The notes under the pieces are model-generated. The model did not search any database. It was not told where the DNA came from and was given only the letters and a program-made list of their open reading frames with translations. 64,000 nt of DNA from the NCBI RefSeq assembly GCF_001194135.2, contig NC_068983.1, forward strand, positions 134,488,756 through 134,552,755. The letters are read 5' to 3'. Source of the DNA: Octopus bimaculoides (Eukaryota). Positions 11,476 through 26,562 of the stretch are shown piece by piece (within the stretch, counting starts at the first letter, position 1; the number at the start of each line of letters is the position of its first letter). A program made the translations under genes and the position numbers.

Positions 11476-11557
11476 TTCAATAAAGGAATCAATGTGCATC
11501 ATCAAGGCCTGAGTCCGACTTATGATGAACTGGTTGACACAAGCAATGGCATGTGAA
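11476..11557 (-). CDS. TNPO1: Transportin coding exon 5 ([27 protein letters not shown])
   Basis: 82 nt, near-identical to human [27 protein letters not shown]; TTTCAG / GTAGGT. Confidence 0.96.
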
Positions 11558-12216
11558 CTGAAAAAAAAAGTGTATTACTTAAATGGTCAGAAAATTTTAA
11601 ATTGTCTTTTTCATTTAGTGGAAATAAATTAACTTTCAATTGAAATGCACCTTAGTTGTTCACAAACTTTAAAAATGCAATAAAAAGAATAAAATGGTGA
11701 CAGAGACCCTGTATGGTCACTGCAAGATGGCTTAAAACCAGTGGAAAAAAAATACATAGAAACAAGTCTCAATAAGACACATTTTACGATCAGCTTTGTG
11801 TCACATCAAATTTTATAAAGAACAAAGGTGATTATTTAAAACTAAACAAATGTGAAACCCGTGAAAATGATAGCAAAAAAAAAAAAAAAAAAAAAACTAC
11901 TAGCTAATACAAATTGATTATTTCTTGTGTCAGACATGCTATCTAAAATATTAGTTCAATGTCATTATAATGGAAAATGTTTGAAATAGTAAGCCAGCAG
12001 TAAACTTTTAAAACTTTGCAAATTTAAGTTTACAGCCTTCTATTAAGATTTAAGAAAAGAAATAACCTAAAATTCTCTGAGAAATTACTGTTCACTTAAA
12101 CTTAGTGTAAAAGACTACATTAGAAGCAACTTGTCTTTGAAGAATAGATGGTAAACAAATAGTTTCAATATGCGAGAACATGAAAACAAAAGGAAAGATA
12201 TTTTTTGAAAACTTAC

Positions 12217-12350
12217 CGAATTTTTGCACTGTTGTGTTTAAAAAAGTGAAGAAACTTTGGTATAAGTATATTAAGCGGTCGATTTACAAGATCACTGTCA
12301 AGTGCTTCCGTAGAATCTTCACAGATCTTCTGCATTGCACCAAAAGCACC
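12217..12350 (-). CDS. TNPO1: Transportin coding exon 4 ([13 protein letters not shown]...KHNSAKIR)
   Basis: 134 nt matching GAFGALQKICEDS...PLNIMIPKFL; TTTCAG / GTAAGT. Confidence 0.96.
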
Positions 12351-12616
12351 CTGAAATAAAATTTAGAAATGATTGTTGCTATTCTATTTAGCTTTTTCTT
12401 TAAAGAAAAACAACAGTAGTGTGTGTCCCAGTCTGTGAAACTGAGCAAGCCAATCTCTCTCACTAGTTAAACTAGAAATATCCACTGGTTATGAATGGGA
12501 AATACTCAGTAACAGATAAAACATGAGGTTAATTAGTAGCATAAATTATCTAAAGGAAAATATTGAAAGGAATTTGTTAAACCTCCTCTAACAGTTATAT
12601 ACTTTGAGAGTATTAC

Positions 12617-12873
12617 CTCACAAACACTGTAATCTTCTGAGTCTAGGCATTGACAAAGACTGGGTAACAGTTCTGGCCAGTTTCTCAACTCCCCTTTCGC
12701 CACTATAGTTGTGATCAGAATGCCAATTGTGGCCCGAATTAACGGAGAAGAATCGCCAATACTCTGTAAACATTCTGATTTGATGAAATTAGTGACTTCT
12801 GAAGGGAATTTCTCAAAGTGAGCTCGAACATTGTTTTTGAGGATGAGACCACTGAGTGACCGAGTTGGATCAT
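12617..12873 (-). CDS. TNPO1: Transportin coding exon 3 ([20 protein letters not shown]...SEDYSVCE)
   Basis: 257 nt open frame matching the [13 protein letters not shown] and [11 protein letters not shown] motifs; TTGCAG acceptor, GTAATA donor; follows a 15.4 kb intron. Confidence 0.96.
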
Positions 12874-15800
12874 CTGCAATAAAAATAATTGAATAGAATT
12901 AGAATATCAAGATATCATAAATTGAACTCAGCTTTAAATTTAACAAGGTAAAAAAAAAAAAAAACAACACTTTTTTAAGAAAATTTACAGATTTGGAATA
13001 TAAAGAAGCTGGAAATGTTGCTATGTTGTTATAGTCCCCTACAATAAGAGATAGGAGGAACTCACTTAGGTTATAAATCTGACACAAACGAACATTTAAA
13101 TGAAAGGTATAAAACTGAAAAGAAATTTGCTAACTTACACCAACATATTCAGAATCTGTAATATCTTATCAGCTAAACTAACAATTCAATGTTTCAAAAA
13201 AGTACACTGGCTCATATTCAAATGCCACTGGTCACATCTCCTTTCATTAAATAATTACTAAATCCATCATCTTCCTCCTTACCAGCAACATCAGAAATTC
13301 AATTATAATCCACTCAACAAACGACATACACCCAAAAGACAAGAATATTAGGAATTATTACATTCAGCACCGCTATAACTTCTCAAATCATGTAGCATAG
13401 GAAGTAAAAACATCCCTAAAGTAATCACAAAAACACATTCAGCCAAAACAAAAAAAGCCACAAAATTAGTGTCCAAACACTATTCTATCCATTTGAGATT
13501 TTCTAATCTTACTACACCAAATCAAATTACTGGAAATACACTGCACTTCTGCATTCTCAGACTGCATATTGACTGCACCTATAGATCACCTGAACATGCA
13601 AAAGGCAGTTTATTGCATCACGCTCCAACTTCAATACTCTCTGCCACTGTGTGCACACTCATCACCAAACAAAAACCACATTAACTTCACTACTCAGCCC
13701 ATACAATTAAAAATAGCATCAATAACATCACTAGCACCGGGATGCGCAACACAAATAAGTACAGAAAAGCAACAACAGCTGTCACATCATGACTGAGTCG
13801 ACCATCAGAAACTAGACATACAAAAACAATAGAGATAATCACAACACACCTCGACTACAAAACTGTATTACATAAATTAACCACTGTATACCAGAATTTG
13901 CTATATTATCCTCAGTTAGATAGAGGTATGGCATACAGATTGCACCTAGTCAACAGGCTAATTATTTACGTGCCACAAATATGCTTGATTAGGGCTATAC
14001 AACTAGTCTAGAAACCATTGAATGAAGATAACTTTTTTAATATAAAAACTGTTTTTCAATATTTTACAACTTCTGACTTGCTGAAAAACTATGCTATAGA
14101 TTATTCAATAGTCTGAATGCAAAAAAAAAAAAATTATTCATTAAAAATTCATACAAACAAATTAACATGATTTTAATATTTTCATCACATCACACATTGT
14201 TAATTGACAGTTTAATACTACTCCAGCAAACTTACTTTAAAAGAAGCTAACAGCAATTATTTAAAACTGAAAAATAAATGACTAATATTTTATTAAAATT
14301 GTAATAAATGCACATGTAAACTTTCATAACACAATCTTTGGATAACAAGTCCCAATATAGATAATTAAGACTAATATATTTTAAGAAATAACACTGCCAT
14401 TTCCTTAGTCAGAACTGACATTGAATTCATTATTTTCTCTCTTAAAATAATTCTTGTTAATAAATGAAACTAAAAATTCTCATGAATATGATAACTAACA
14501 ACTGTTGGAATCTAAGTGAATGTAAAACAAAAAGTATAAATAATTGCTAAAGGAGATGACAAATGACTAATAAATGATGAGACACTGTACCAGATGACAC
14601 ATCAAATCCATGCAAGCTTGGAAAAAAGCTAACATTAAATCATATTTAATGTACTAAAACATATCTCCATTTAATGTTCATTATCTATGCTGGCATGAGT
14701 TGAATGGTTTGACAGGAGCTAGCAAGCCAGAGAGTTGCACTAGGTTTTTTTTTTCTTTTATAAGGCACCAGCACTGATGCTTTATACGTGGCAGTAGCAT
14801 CAGTGGGGTTGCCAAGTAACTTGCAAGTCAAAAACCTCTCAGCTGAGAGAAGTGGCTGTGTGCCAGAGGTGAGATGAGAATATAATAGAGGGGCAGAGAC
14901 AGTTGTCTTACTATAGAGACATTTGGCAACCTTTGTAGAACAATGAAGGAGAGGAAGGTTAGAGAGAAAGAGAACCAGTCAAAGAGAGAGAGAGAGAACT
15001 ATATGCTGTTGGAGGTGCAATGGGACCAACACACAGGGAACAGTGGGGTGGGGGAGTATAAAAACACATTTGAATATGTTAAACATCATTTTATGTCCAT
15101 GATATAATTCATTCAGATAATGGATAGAAAAAGAGATATCTGAACCGATTATGTAGAATAATTTCACAAATATCCAAACCAAACAATTTGCAACTACTTT
15201 CTTAAAAGAGTCTAATCTCTTGATTTTGACAGTGGCAGACACCACCGGAAAGAACGGGCAAGTCAGTCAAAATCTACCAAGGAAAACAAATATCATCATC
15301 ATTTAACGTCAGTTGTTCATGCTGGCATGGGTTGGATGGTTTGACTGGGCTGGCAAACTGGAAGGCTGCACCAGACTCCAGTCTGATTTGGCATGGTTTT
15401 CTATGGCTGGATGCCCTTCCTAAAGCCAACCACTCCAAGAGTGTAATGAGTGCTTTTACATGCCACCAGCATGGGTTCTATTTGCGTGACACTGGTATCT
15501 GCCACAACTGCAATTTTGCCCAGTTTGATGGGTCTTCTCAAGCACAACATAATGCCAATGGTCTTGGTCACTGTCTCTGTGAAACCAAACACTTGAAAGG
15601 ACTCCTAAATAATATTTGTCTAAAAACAATAAAAAAAAAAGACATAAGATATTGTAGTTCTAGATAGTCCTTCAATTGAGATGGTCACAACTAGAAAGCC
15701 TTTAATCACAGAGCAACACTATGTCCCTAATTCCAATCCACCAGATCCAAATCATTGTCTACTTCTTACTTATCACTCCATTTCTTCTACTGAGCCAGAA

Positions 15801-16627
15801 TCTGAGTGTGTAATTGGAATGAAAACTGAAGCATCTTTTATCTTTAATCAACATGTATCAATAATGTGAAATTCAACCAGTTTTTAATTCAAAACCTCCA
15901 ATAACCACTATTTACATACAATACAACTATGCTGAACTTTCATTAGCACTTCAAACACTAGCTATTTATATTTGCCAATTAGTTGAACTTCCACTAATTT
16001 TACACAAATTATCATTCGGTTTTTACCAACAGTTGACCCCCCACTATCACCTGTGTAACAAAGTATAATTCTCCATGTAATGACCAAATTTATTTCCAAT
16101 TATTTGAAAAACCAAGAACTCAATACTTTAAAGTAGCTTACATACAAATGCAAATACTTCTATTTCACTGTGGGGACACACAAAAAATGGTAATCAAAGA
16201 CTGAGAAAAAGAAAACACTCCTAGTGGCACTTTAGCATCAATTGTTTATTTCAGGCAAATTGCTTATAAAGGTCATTCTAAGACAAAATTTATTTTAACT
16301 ATACTGCCAAAATACTATTCTTCTCAACTGTAGCCAATCATTCTGGTCTCTTGCCAAACATTAATGAATAAACAATTCTTTCTATCTCTCTTCAACTTGG
16401 ATGGTTTGTTCTATTAACAGTGCTTCTCCTGCCAAGACAAACACTTCCATAAATCTGCCACTCAATTTCTAACAAACAAATCTTCCCTTGCCCACTCTAC
16501 TGGTTAACATGAGCCCTTTTACTTTATTCGCATAACTGCCAAATTTGCCTAATGTTCAGAAATGGCAATTCTACATCTTTTAGATTAACTACTGTACATC
16601 CAGTTGCTTCTTTGATTTAGTATTTAA

Positions 16628-16847
16628 CTCTTAAGCATTTAAACTGGCCATATCTGGCCAAAATAATTTACCTGTTTTATCTCCAAACTGGCCAGATCCG
16701 GCCTCTTACACTTAACCTACAATATTATTCTAAAGATAAACAATCAGGTCATTGAAATTTCAAAGCTACAAGGTAATGCATGACTAATTCATATCAGTGT
16801 GAATAAATAAGCACTGCATTTGACAAAGAAATTTGAATGCAAAAGGA
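16628..16847. mobile_element. piggyBac-like MITE
   Basis: TTAA on both sides, degenerate CCCTTTAGCATT-type ends; same family as 32298-32515. Confidence 0.6.
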
Positions 16848-18127
16848 TTAATTATGCAGCATTATGGTTAAAGAAAAAAAAAAAAAAAANNNNNNNNNNA
16901 AAAAAAAAAAAAAAAAACTAGAGACTTCTGATTTACCATCATCCAGTCACATTCAGGTCTAAAGTAATGGCATATCTTAGAATATCTAAACCTCGTGCCT
17001 AAGCAATTCTAATTAGAATTCCAAAATGTCTTCTACTGATTAAATTTTTGCTTACCTAACACATCAGCAGTGTCTTTGACACACTAGCATGCTAAACATC
17101 AAGGCAAAAATCTTGAGAACTATTTGAATCTAAAGCAAGTAGGCATTAGTATATCTGCTGGTTAATACCTTGCACTAGTGCCCAGCAAAGAATGATCCAT
17201 CATTATCCCAAACTTTTAATACTTCAACCCAATGAAGGAGCCTCTTTATGATCACCTAACCTGCTGAAAGTAAAATCTTACATCACACCATACTATTTTC
17301 AAAATAAGAAAAAAAGAGACACTGACTAATGTAGTCTTAGATACACTAAAAAGGAGAAAGCCACAGCTTGAATGATTGATGTCTGTTCAATCAAGAATAA
17401 CCTGATGCTAAACAAATCCCACTAAACAGTAGTGTAGATTTCTGTATTTTTGAAAACTATGTTGCATTGACTATGTTTTTAACTTAACAGAACCAATTTT
17501 ACATCTTCAGTCTCTCTAATACAAAAAGAGTAATAATCCTCCTCCACCAGAATATAGAAACAATACTGAACAACATAAAAGTGCTTTCTGATCTAAATAT
17601 AAACACCTGCGTAAGTTCACAGATGTATATCCTGCTTCTACAAATTAAGTCACCACTGAATAAACAACCTGTTATTCATCCTCTCTACACATATCCTTTT
17701 ACTTCAAATATCCATAAAGTGTGAGGTTACACCTAACAACTCACATCACACACATTAGCAAAACGACTTCATGTTTTAACATCTCACTCAAACTATCACA
17801 TTCAGTGCTTAACACTTAATATAGAAAATTCATGACAAGCTTCTATAATGCATCTCAAATTTTTCTGAGGTGTGACCACCTACAATACCAAGACAATTAC
17901 TAAACATACCAAGGAAAGTATTACACAACTCAACTTCTCAAAATTCCTCCAAACACTAGGTCTCACTATAGGATTACAATCATATAAAATCATATCACTT
18001 AATGATTAAGATTCCTTGGCCAGTTGCTGACCTCTTATCAAGCACAATAACATCCTAACACAAAAAAAGTCTCTGGATGATTATAGAAAATTCTCAGTGA
18101 ATCTCGAATACACCTGGTCCACAGGAG

Positions 18128-18163
<36 letters not shown>

Positions 18164-19809
18164 AACAGCTTCCATTCTTCTCAATTAGGAAAAATACCTA
18201 ATTTACATACTACTCCCTTCCCTATCATCCCTACTGCATCTCATCATCTAACATTCACTCTTAACACTACTCAATCCCTCCACCTCAGAACTACTGCCTT
18301 CTGGAAAGCCCTTCTTACAAATTCCTATAAGCAAAAAGTTAAAGCTAAACAGTAATCGCACTAATCTAGACAGGCAGACAAAAGTCACAGGGCATCCTCT
18401 ACTCTTCCAAATATGTAGTGCTACTGAACAAAGTATTAGACTTATCCCACTCCAAGATGGGGCTATTATTGCTGGAGAAGCCTCATTTTTTTTCATAGTT
18501 GGTTCTCTACATAAAAAGAAGAGTAAATTACAAGTGTGCAAGTTATCAGAAAGATCAGCAAAAACAAAAAAATGAAGGTCACAGAGATTGTGAAAATAGT
18601 TTACAAAAGAAAAAAAAAAGAATATGTAGGACAAGTAAAAAAAAAGAATATATACAAGAACAAAGTTAAGCTATATTACACTGTTTGTGAGTAAAGTACA
18701 ATACCAGCAAAATGACATATTTTACAAAGCTCAAGATTTGGCAAAGACTAAATTTCATACTTAATATTTAAATCATGGCCTAACCAGACGATTTATAAGA
18801 CAATGTTCATAAATAGCAATAGAAATGAAGAGATAAAGGAAAAAAGGATATTGAAAGAAAGGCTAAGTAGTTACAGATTACTAGAAACAAGCAACTGAGT
18901 TTTAAACAAATTGTAAATGAGTTTCAAAAAACCTGCACTAGAAAAGAAAAAGTAAAGTTTAAATTTGACATCTAAATATGTTTTAAACATCTTAAATGTC
19001 ATCACTGTAGGATGGAGCAATTTGTTTGTTTTTTTATATATGAATGGACATCGACATCAGAGATACTCAACACAGAACTGTAAAACATTAAAAAGTTTTG
19101 CATAATGAAAGAACTGTTGTTCTATACATCATCTAACATCCTCCTTCCATGACGGTATGGGTTGGACAGTTTCACAGAAGCTGGCAAGTCAGAAGACTAT
19201 ACCAAGTTCTACTGTTTGCTTTGACATGATTTGTATGGTTGGATGCCCTCCTTAATGCCAACCACTTTACAGACTGTACTGGGTGCTTTTTATGTGACAC
19301 CAACAACAGTGAGGTCACTAAATAACATTCGAGACAAAGCCCCTCATCAGAGGGTGAGTAGTACTGAGGGAAGCAGCTTTGTGTCATGTGATGAGAATTT
19401 AGAGTATGAATAGAAGGACAGAAATAGGTGTATTGCAGTAGAGGAGATACATAGCTACTTAAGTTGGAGAAAGAAGATGGCAATGTGACAGGGCATACAC
19501 CCAAATTACAAAGAGGTGTATATAGTGAAATGGACCAGAGATGATATTAAGTGAACGGGTAGGTAGGTTCACAAAGGAGAGTGGAAGATGGAAGGGAGGA
19601 GAATATAGTAAGTAGGCACAAGTAGAGGGAGAGATGTATAGGTAAGGGGAAGATATGTTGTGAAGAGATTCAACAGGGACAAATTGTGTGCAGGTAGATT
19701 TGCAAAAGGGAGGGAGATAGAGGGGAATACAGAGGTGGGGGCAGGTGTTGAGAATTCTGCAAATATACATACATTTAGTATAACAAATGTAAAACTATGT
19801 ACTATATAC

Positions 19810-20215
19810 ATCATCATCATTTAAAGTCCTTTTTCCATGCTGGCATGGGTTGGACAGTAGGCTGGGGTGATGCACCAGGTTTCACTCTGATTTGGTATGA
19901 TTTCTACAGCTGGATGACCTTCTTAACATCAACCACTCCAAGAGTGTAGTGGGTGCTTTTTATGTGCTACAAGCACAGATGCCAGTTACAAAACACTGGC
20001 ATTGACCACAACTACAACCTCACTTGGCTTGACAGGTCTTCTTAAGCACAGCATATCGCCAAAGGTCTCAGTCACTTGTCATTGCTTCCATGAGGTTCAA
20101 CATTTCTTCTCTAGTTCTGGTCGTGATTTGGCTATAAGAACAAGGTCACCAACATAGAGGAGCTCCCACGAGCAGTCCATCTTAAATTCCTCAGAGCAAA
20201 ATAACATCAGTTTAA
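19810..20215 (-). mobile_element. RTE relic: 3' UTR plus RT-core fragment
   Basis: 20105-20210 translates to EEFKMDCSWELLYVGDLVLIAKSRPELEK (degenerate YADD motif). Confidence 0.65.
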
Positions 20216-23200
20216 CCTTTTATTCGTTATTCCTAGAAAATCTTCAATAATCCAAGTCAGCACTACATCAATATTACCACCTTTCACCTCTTCCTCTATG
20301 ACTCACTATTTTCCTCATGTTCCTCCATCCAATGTTCATCATTTGCTGCTTTCACTTCTGTCCTCATCTCTACCATCTGTCAATATCCTTTCACACTCAC
20401 AAACCTACTTACTCACCCATACCCAATTCTCTCTTTATCAACCTTCTCATATTGTGATGGTACCTCATCTCCATCCTTTCTCCTTGCCTGTTGGGGTAGC
20501 CATGTAAATCCCCTACAGCAAGACGCCTTTTCTTGTCCCTCCCTAATACTTTAGCCTTCCAATGCCTGGCCAAGCCATCTCTCTCAATACTGCATCACCC
20601 ATTCTATCATGGAGACTTATGAATTACTTGATAATATCAATAGTGTTGGTGCCACAAAGCACCCAGTGCACTTTGTAAAGTAATTAGCATTAGAAAGGGT
20701 ACCCAGCCATAGAAACTTTGTTAATATAACCCTCAGGCTAGTCTGATCCTGTCAAACTACTAAACCCATGCCAGCATATAATATACACATTAAATGATTA
20801 TATATATAAATAAGGCTATTCCTTGCAAAAACAAGTAAATACAAATACAGAAATTTAGGATGAATAGTACATAAGACAAGTGATACAACAGTTAATGGAA
20901 GTGATCGACTTATTCTCAGCCAAAGCATATCTTCCAGTGCACGTGTATACATGTAACAATCAGATGTATGTCTAAGTGAGGTGGGGGAGGGCACTTGAGC
21001 AGACATCTACCAAAAATAAACTAAATTTGTAGAGTAATCAGTTGAATACCTGCCAAATAGTATAGCTAACATAAAAATGAAAAGAAAAATCAGTTCAGTG
21101 AAATTTTCAAGTAATATTTTACAATGAAAATAAAACCAGCTAATTCAAGTTATTCACAATTTAAAAGTAATAAAGAAAAATTTCTGAAGCCAGAATAGTT
21201 GTTCCTTTTTAAAGAACATATCTATCCACTCTATTCAATGTATTGAATTCTATATCAGATATTTGCATTACGTAAAACATTTTCACATACTTCACAACTT
21301 GTACACACACACATTCATGAGTGTGTGTATATCATATATATAAAAATCATTATTTAGCATCCATTTTCCATGCTGACATGGGTTGGATGGCTTGACAGGA
21401 GCTGGCAAACTGGAGAGCTGCCCAGGTTTCAAGTCTGTTTTGGTATTATATATAAGTGTATACACATAGACTTGCATAAAACTATAAGTACACACAGAGC
21501 CCAGGCCAGCCAAAAGCTTGTGAGTGGATTGGGAGTTAAAAATGATAGTAGCTGACTCTAAACAAATGTTGTCACCATGCAATGTCATTTTTTTGCACTC
21601 TTCCATAAAAACATGTTTTTATTATTGTATTGTTCATATTCAAAAGATTAGAGAAAATATTGATTTGTTTGGAAAAAGTGCAAGTGACAAAAGTACCCAG
21701 TCGTAGAAAATCTGCAACAATAAATTTCACCTGACTCATACAAGAAAGGAAAAATGGCCATTAAACCAAGAGTATATATAATTATGCATACATACATATA
21801 ACTACAGACAACTTTGAAGCCTCAAACTTCTACACCCAGATTATAAATTCACATTTATACCAATAATTGGGGCACCTAGTTCTGTCAATAAATGCTTAAA
21901 TGGCAATCTAGAAAAGCTATTGCTTTCAGAAAAAGAAACCAACCAGCTAACATGGACATTCCAAATACAATCTTTTAGTGGATAGTAAAACTATGCAAGA
22001 CTTTTCTCAAGTTTGACAGGTGACAGTTTTTCTTATCCACATTCAAACGATGGTGCTTTTGTATTGTTGTTAGAAAACAGATCCTTACAGAAAGGCTGTA
22101 AACAATCGAAAAGAGAAGAGAACACACATACATGCACACAACTAGACATACTTAGATATAGGCATTCTTAACCTTTCCACTCTTGATCCAGCATAACATC
22201 CAGGAGGAGCTTTGCCTAAGAGTACAACACAATGGTTGTAGCATTTGAAAAAGCTTCCATCAAATGAAAAACAAGTCATTCATGAGTTTTGAAACAGCTG
22301 GCTATTGAGTTATTATACCAGCTTAATCCATACCTTCAACAACAGGTTTCAAAAAGAGAACTGATTAGAGGACTTTGTTTAAACTTAATCAAAACTTACT
22401 ATGTGACTGATTTCATTTCACCCAGTTACATTAGCTTTTATAAACAAACCACTCAAGTGTGAGGCCAGTTTTTTTTAGAAGTTGGACATAAAACCAAGCT
22501 GCTCAAGCCATCTCAATAATGACCTACAATTAGATTTCAACATATCACTAATTTATCCCTATAAGATATAACAAGTCATAATTTGATAAACAGCACTGCA
22601 CCAGTACTAAAATGACTATTCTCCATAAATTACATCAATCAACAATTGTTACACAAGTTATTTGGTCTCTGTGTAAATGCCTGGTCACTAAGAGATTCAT
22701 ATTAGATGAAGGTATAAAAAGATATATCTTAAAAAAAAAAACACTATTTTATTAGAGGATAGTGCATGCTATTGACTTTAAAATTAACTTTGAGGACAAA
22801 CAATATACTGAGTGTAAAAGATAAATATGGCAATTTAGAATTAGACCAGGATGCAAACAAGTTTCAAGCAGCAGGTAACAACAAATTCTTGTAAACAAAA
22901 TATGTAACTTAAAGCATTGACAGAAGTATAAAAAAGAACTACATAGTTATGGTAACCAGTTGCAATAATAGGATAGACAGAGAAGAAGCTGGTCAATATC
23001 TAAGAGGAAATGAAGATGATTTGCAAAGATGGTTCAAGTTATGCCAGTACTGGAAAAAAGGATATAAAGCAAAGAGAGGATAACACCTTAATTCTGCAAA
23101 AGAATATCTTAAAGATCAATGTTCCGCATGACTATTTTCCCCACCCCTTGCCGACTGTTAAAGCATAACCAGTCAGTTCCACAGACTATTGATTAGGGGA

Positions 23201-23886
23201 TGGCAACTGGTGCCATTTACATAGCCAGGTTGAATTTGTTGGAGAATTGAAAACACGTCACTCAATCTTTCATCCTTTTAGCTGAGAGTCTAAATATCAT
23301 CACATTCTTCTTTATATTACTATTATTATCCAGCTCTAAAAAAAAAACCAAGCTGTATAAATGCTCTTACAAATAGAAAGTAATGCTTACATTACTGATA
23401 TCCAATTACAACACTTATTGGCAGCACTCAATTATATATTTGAAGGTGCTAGTACAGTTTCCAGAACTGAAGTAAAGATAACCATAACAGCCAAGCAAAT
23501 CAGAAAAACAGGATTTGTATTAATTGTGCATGGCTAACTAAAGGCCAATGAATGGAATTGATAGATGGAAACCGTACGGAAGACTATCACATGTAGAGAG
23601 AGAGTGTGCATATGTAAATGTTTACATTCTGTAACATCATCACATGAAGCCATTTGATCAAAAATCAGTGACAATGTTTACATTCCTTGTTAACAAATTG
23701 CCTCAGAGCAAAAAGAAGAATAAAATAATCTCTCATTTGAAAACCATTACAAGTTAGTCACATGAAAGCATCCAGCTGTAAAATAATGCCTCATCCAATC
23801 TATTCTAGCACTGAAAAATAAATGTTAAACACGTTACACACAAAAGAATATTTTCACAAACAAACATATATACATATATATATGCA

Positions 23887-25122
23887 TGTGTGAAAAGCCC
23901 TGAGCAAAAACTAATATTTACTGACACCTCACTTCAAATAAATCAGATCATAGCTTCGCACTTTCAAAGTGGAAAATTAATTCCTTGAAAAACAGGTATG
24001 GGTCAACAACATGAAAGGAATCCAGTTGAAAAATGCCACACTGTCCATCTCACACAGGTTGGATGGAATTTTGTTGAGATGGATTTTCTACAGCCAGATG
24101 CCCTTCCTGTCACTAACCCACATCTGTTTGCAAGTTAAGTAACATTTCTCCAGAAGATTTGGAATGAAAGGAGACTGCTTGCATAACGGAGACATTTGTT
24201 TACAACTATCAAACAATGTCAAGGCAAGATTATATATATATATATATATATATATAAATCGTTGCTATTGTTAAACTGTCGTATATCCAAATTTAGTCAA
24301 ATGCGATTTTTCACTATTTATTTTTGAAGTAACTTACGACACTTTTGCATAACGAGATATATATAATACACACAAACAGGCTTCTTTCAGTTCCTATCTA
24401 CCAAATCTAATCAAAGTTTAGGTCAGCCCAGGGTGAAGACACTTGCCCAAGGTGCCATGAAGCGAGATTGAAACCAAGAACTATGCACTTGGGAAGCAAA
24501 CTTCTTACGGTCCAGATGGACTATATGTAATCTGAACCTTTCCCCCCTTGTTTTATTTTCTTTTTTTACGGAATCCCACGTTTTAAGCTATGGAGATTCC
24601 GATTCTGAAAAATGTTTTTCAAAAATCTCAATTTCAAAATTTCGATCCCCCACCCCCGGTTTTTATATAGATCCACAGGGTAAACCTAACCCTAACCCAA
24701 CCCTAACACTAGTTTTGTGAGATTTGGCTGTTATTTCTAGCATGTAAATAGCCTGCTTGGTGGGGANNNNNNNNNNGGGGGGGGGGGGCGGTTCAGATTA
24801 CATATAGTCCATCTCTACCCTTCTTACTACACATCAAAACCTTGTCCAATGTTCAATTAGGTCTGTGTGTGTTTATGTGTGTAAGAGAGAGAGGCCTTAG
24901 ATGAGACCCTTGTACTGAATCCTCAGGTTGACCACTGGTACATAGAACACAAAAGCATGTGTGTGTGTGTGTGAAAAGCCCTGAGCAAAAACCGTGATAT
25001 TTACTGACACCTCACTTCAAATAAGTCAGATCATAGCTTAGCACTTTCAAAGTGGAAAATTAATTCCTTGAAAACAGGTATGGGTTAACGACATGAAAGG
25101 TATCCGGTTGAAAAATGCCACA
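23887..25122. repeat. ~154-bp direct repeat pair (23887-24040 and 24968-25122)
   Basis: Both copies read TGTGTGAAAAGCCCTGAGC...AAAATGCCACA with few differences. Confidence 0.85.
24514..24814. mobile_element. Unclassified MITE with perfect 25-bp TIRs
   Basis: AGATGGACTATATGTAATCTGAACC and its exact reverse complement; internal CCCTAA-like tract; no TSD recognised. Confidence 0.8.
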
Positions 25123-26527
25123 ATGTTAAACTTTATGCTTACCGTAAAAAAAAAAAAAATAGACGTAAAACGAGCCATCAAAACTCCATTTAAAGAAACA
25201 TACAAAATACATATAGTTTTCGCAGAGGAAGGAACGAATTAACACACATACACAAAAATATGCAAATATTAACAATATACAGATACACAGACATACATCA
25301 GTATACAACGTATGTTTATTATATCAAAAGCTGACAGTCAACTAAGAACTTCACACGGGGATAGGCTTATATGCAATAAAATAACTGTACACAGACACAC
25401 ATGTACCTATACAAACACACGTATTTATAAATAATATACACGCTTACTATTATGCACACACGCACGTGCACGACATATACGCACGTACTGATTTATACAT
25501 ATACACAAACGCGTACTAATATACACCACCAGTTAGTGATACATCCATCCTTCCTTACTACTATCACTCTCCACCCGTTTTATCGATCTCTCACCCTTCC
25601 TCCACTTGTGCAACCTTTAACCCCACCCCTCATGTCCTTTTATTATCTACCGTATTGTTCTGCTCTAAATAATGAAATTAGAACCAGTTATGACAAATCA
25701 TTTCGTATCACATTTCTCCATTGCCAGTCATCACTCACTTTCCTGAGTAACTGACAGCCATCCATCATTCACCTCTGTTCACCAGCCACTACCTTTATCT
25801 ATATATAACTGACCATCTGCAATCCAGCTTATTTTCATGTCTTCATGCACTCTTCTATTCAACTTGAAGGAACTTTCTGGCAATTCATCACCAACAGATT
25901 TACCTTTCTTTTTGACGCCAATCTGGTCACCCCACCCATCCCATCATACATTAACCTCTCTACACACCGTATAAAGCAACCACTATCTTCTGTTCTACCT
26001 CTCAGACAAAAAGGTTTGTTAGTCTTGCGAGCTAAAAAGCAACCTCACTAATGTTAGCACCACAAAAAAAAAACAACCTAGTACACTATGTAAAATGGTT
26101 GATGCTAGAAAGGGCATCCGGTTGTAGAAACCATGCAATAACAGACGGAAAACGAAGCAGACCGACTTAGATCCTGTCGAATCGTTCAACCCATGTCAGC
26201 AGGGAAGAACGGCATTAAATGATTTACAGATACATACACGCACAAAAGCATATTCGTATATACATGTGCATATACATAGCTCATAAAATATATGGAAAGA
26301 GCAAGACAAGTGAAAATAAATATAAATAACATAAGTTTCAAAACGAAACTGTAAAATACCATTTTCTAAAGTACTATAAAACAAAATGCAGACAAAAGTG
26401 GAAATTTTTTTTATTCAAAAATTACACAGATAATGTTGAACGTAGATTAGAAATGTATAAAGATCACACAAATTACAGTGGATGTGTATAGGTTGTAAAT
26501 AAAATGTAACGAGCAAATCATATTTTA

Positions 26528-26562
<35 letters not shown>

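Noticed and set aside
23887-25122. TRIM/LTR element suggested by TG...CA direct repeats
   Set aside because: No primer-binding site, polypurine tract or target duplication; the interior is other repeats, so a local duplication is more likely.
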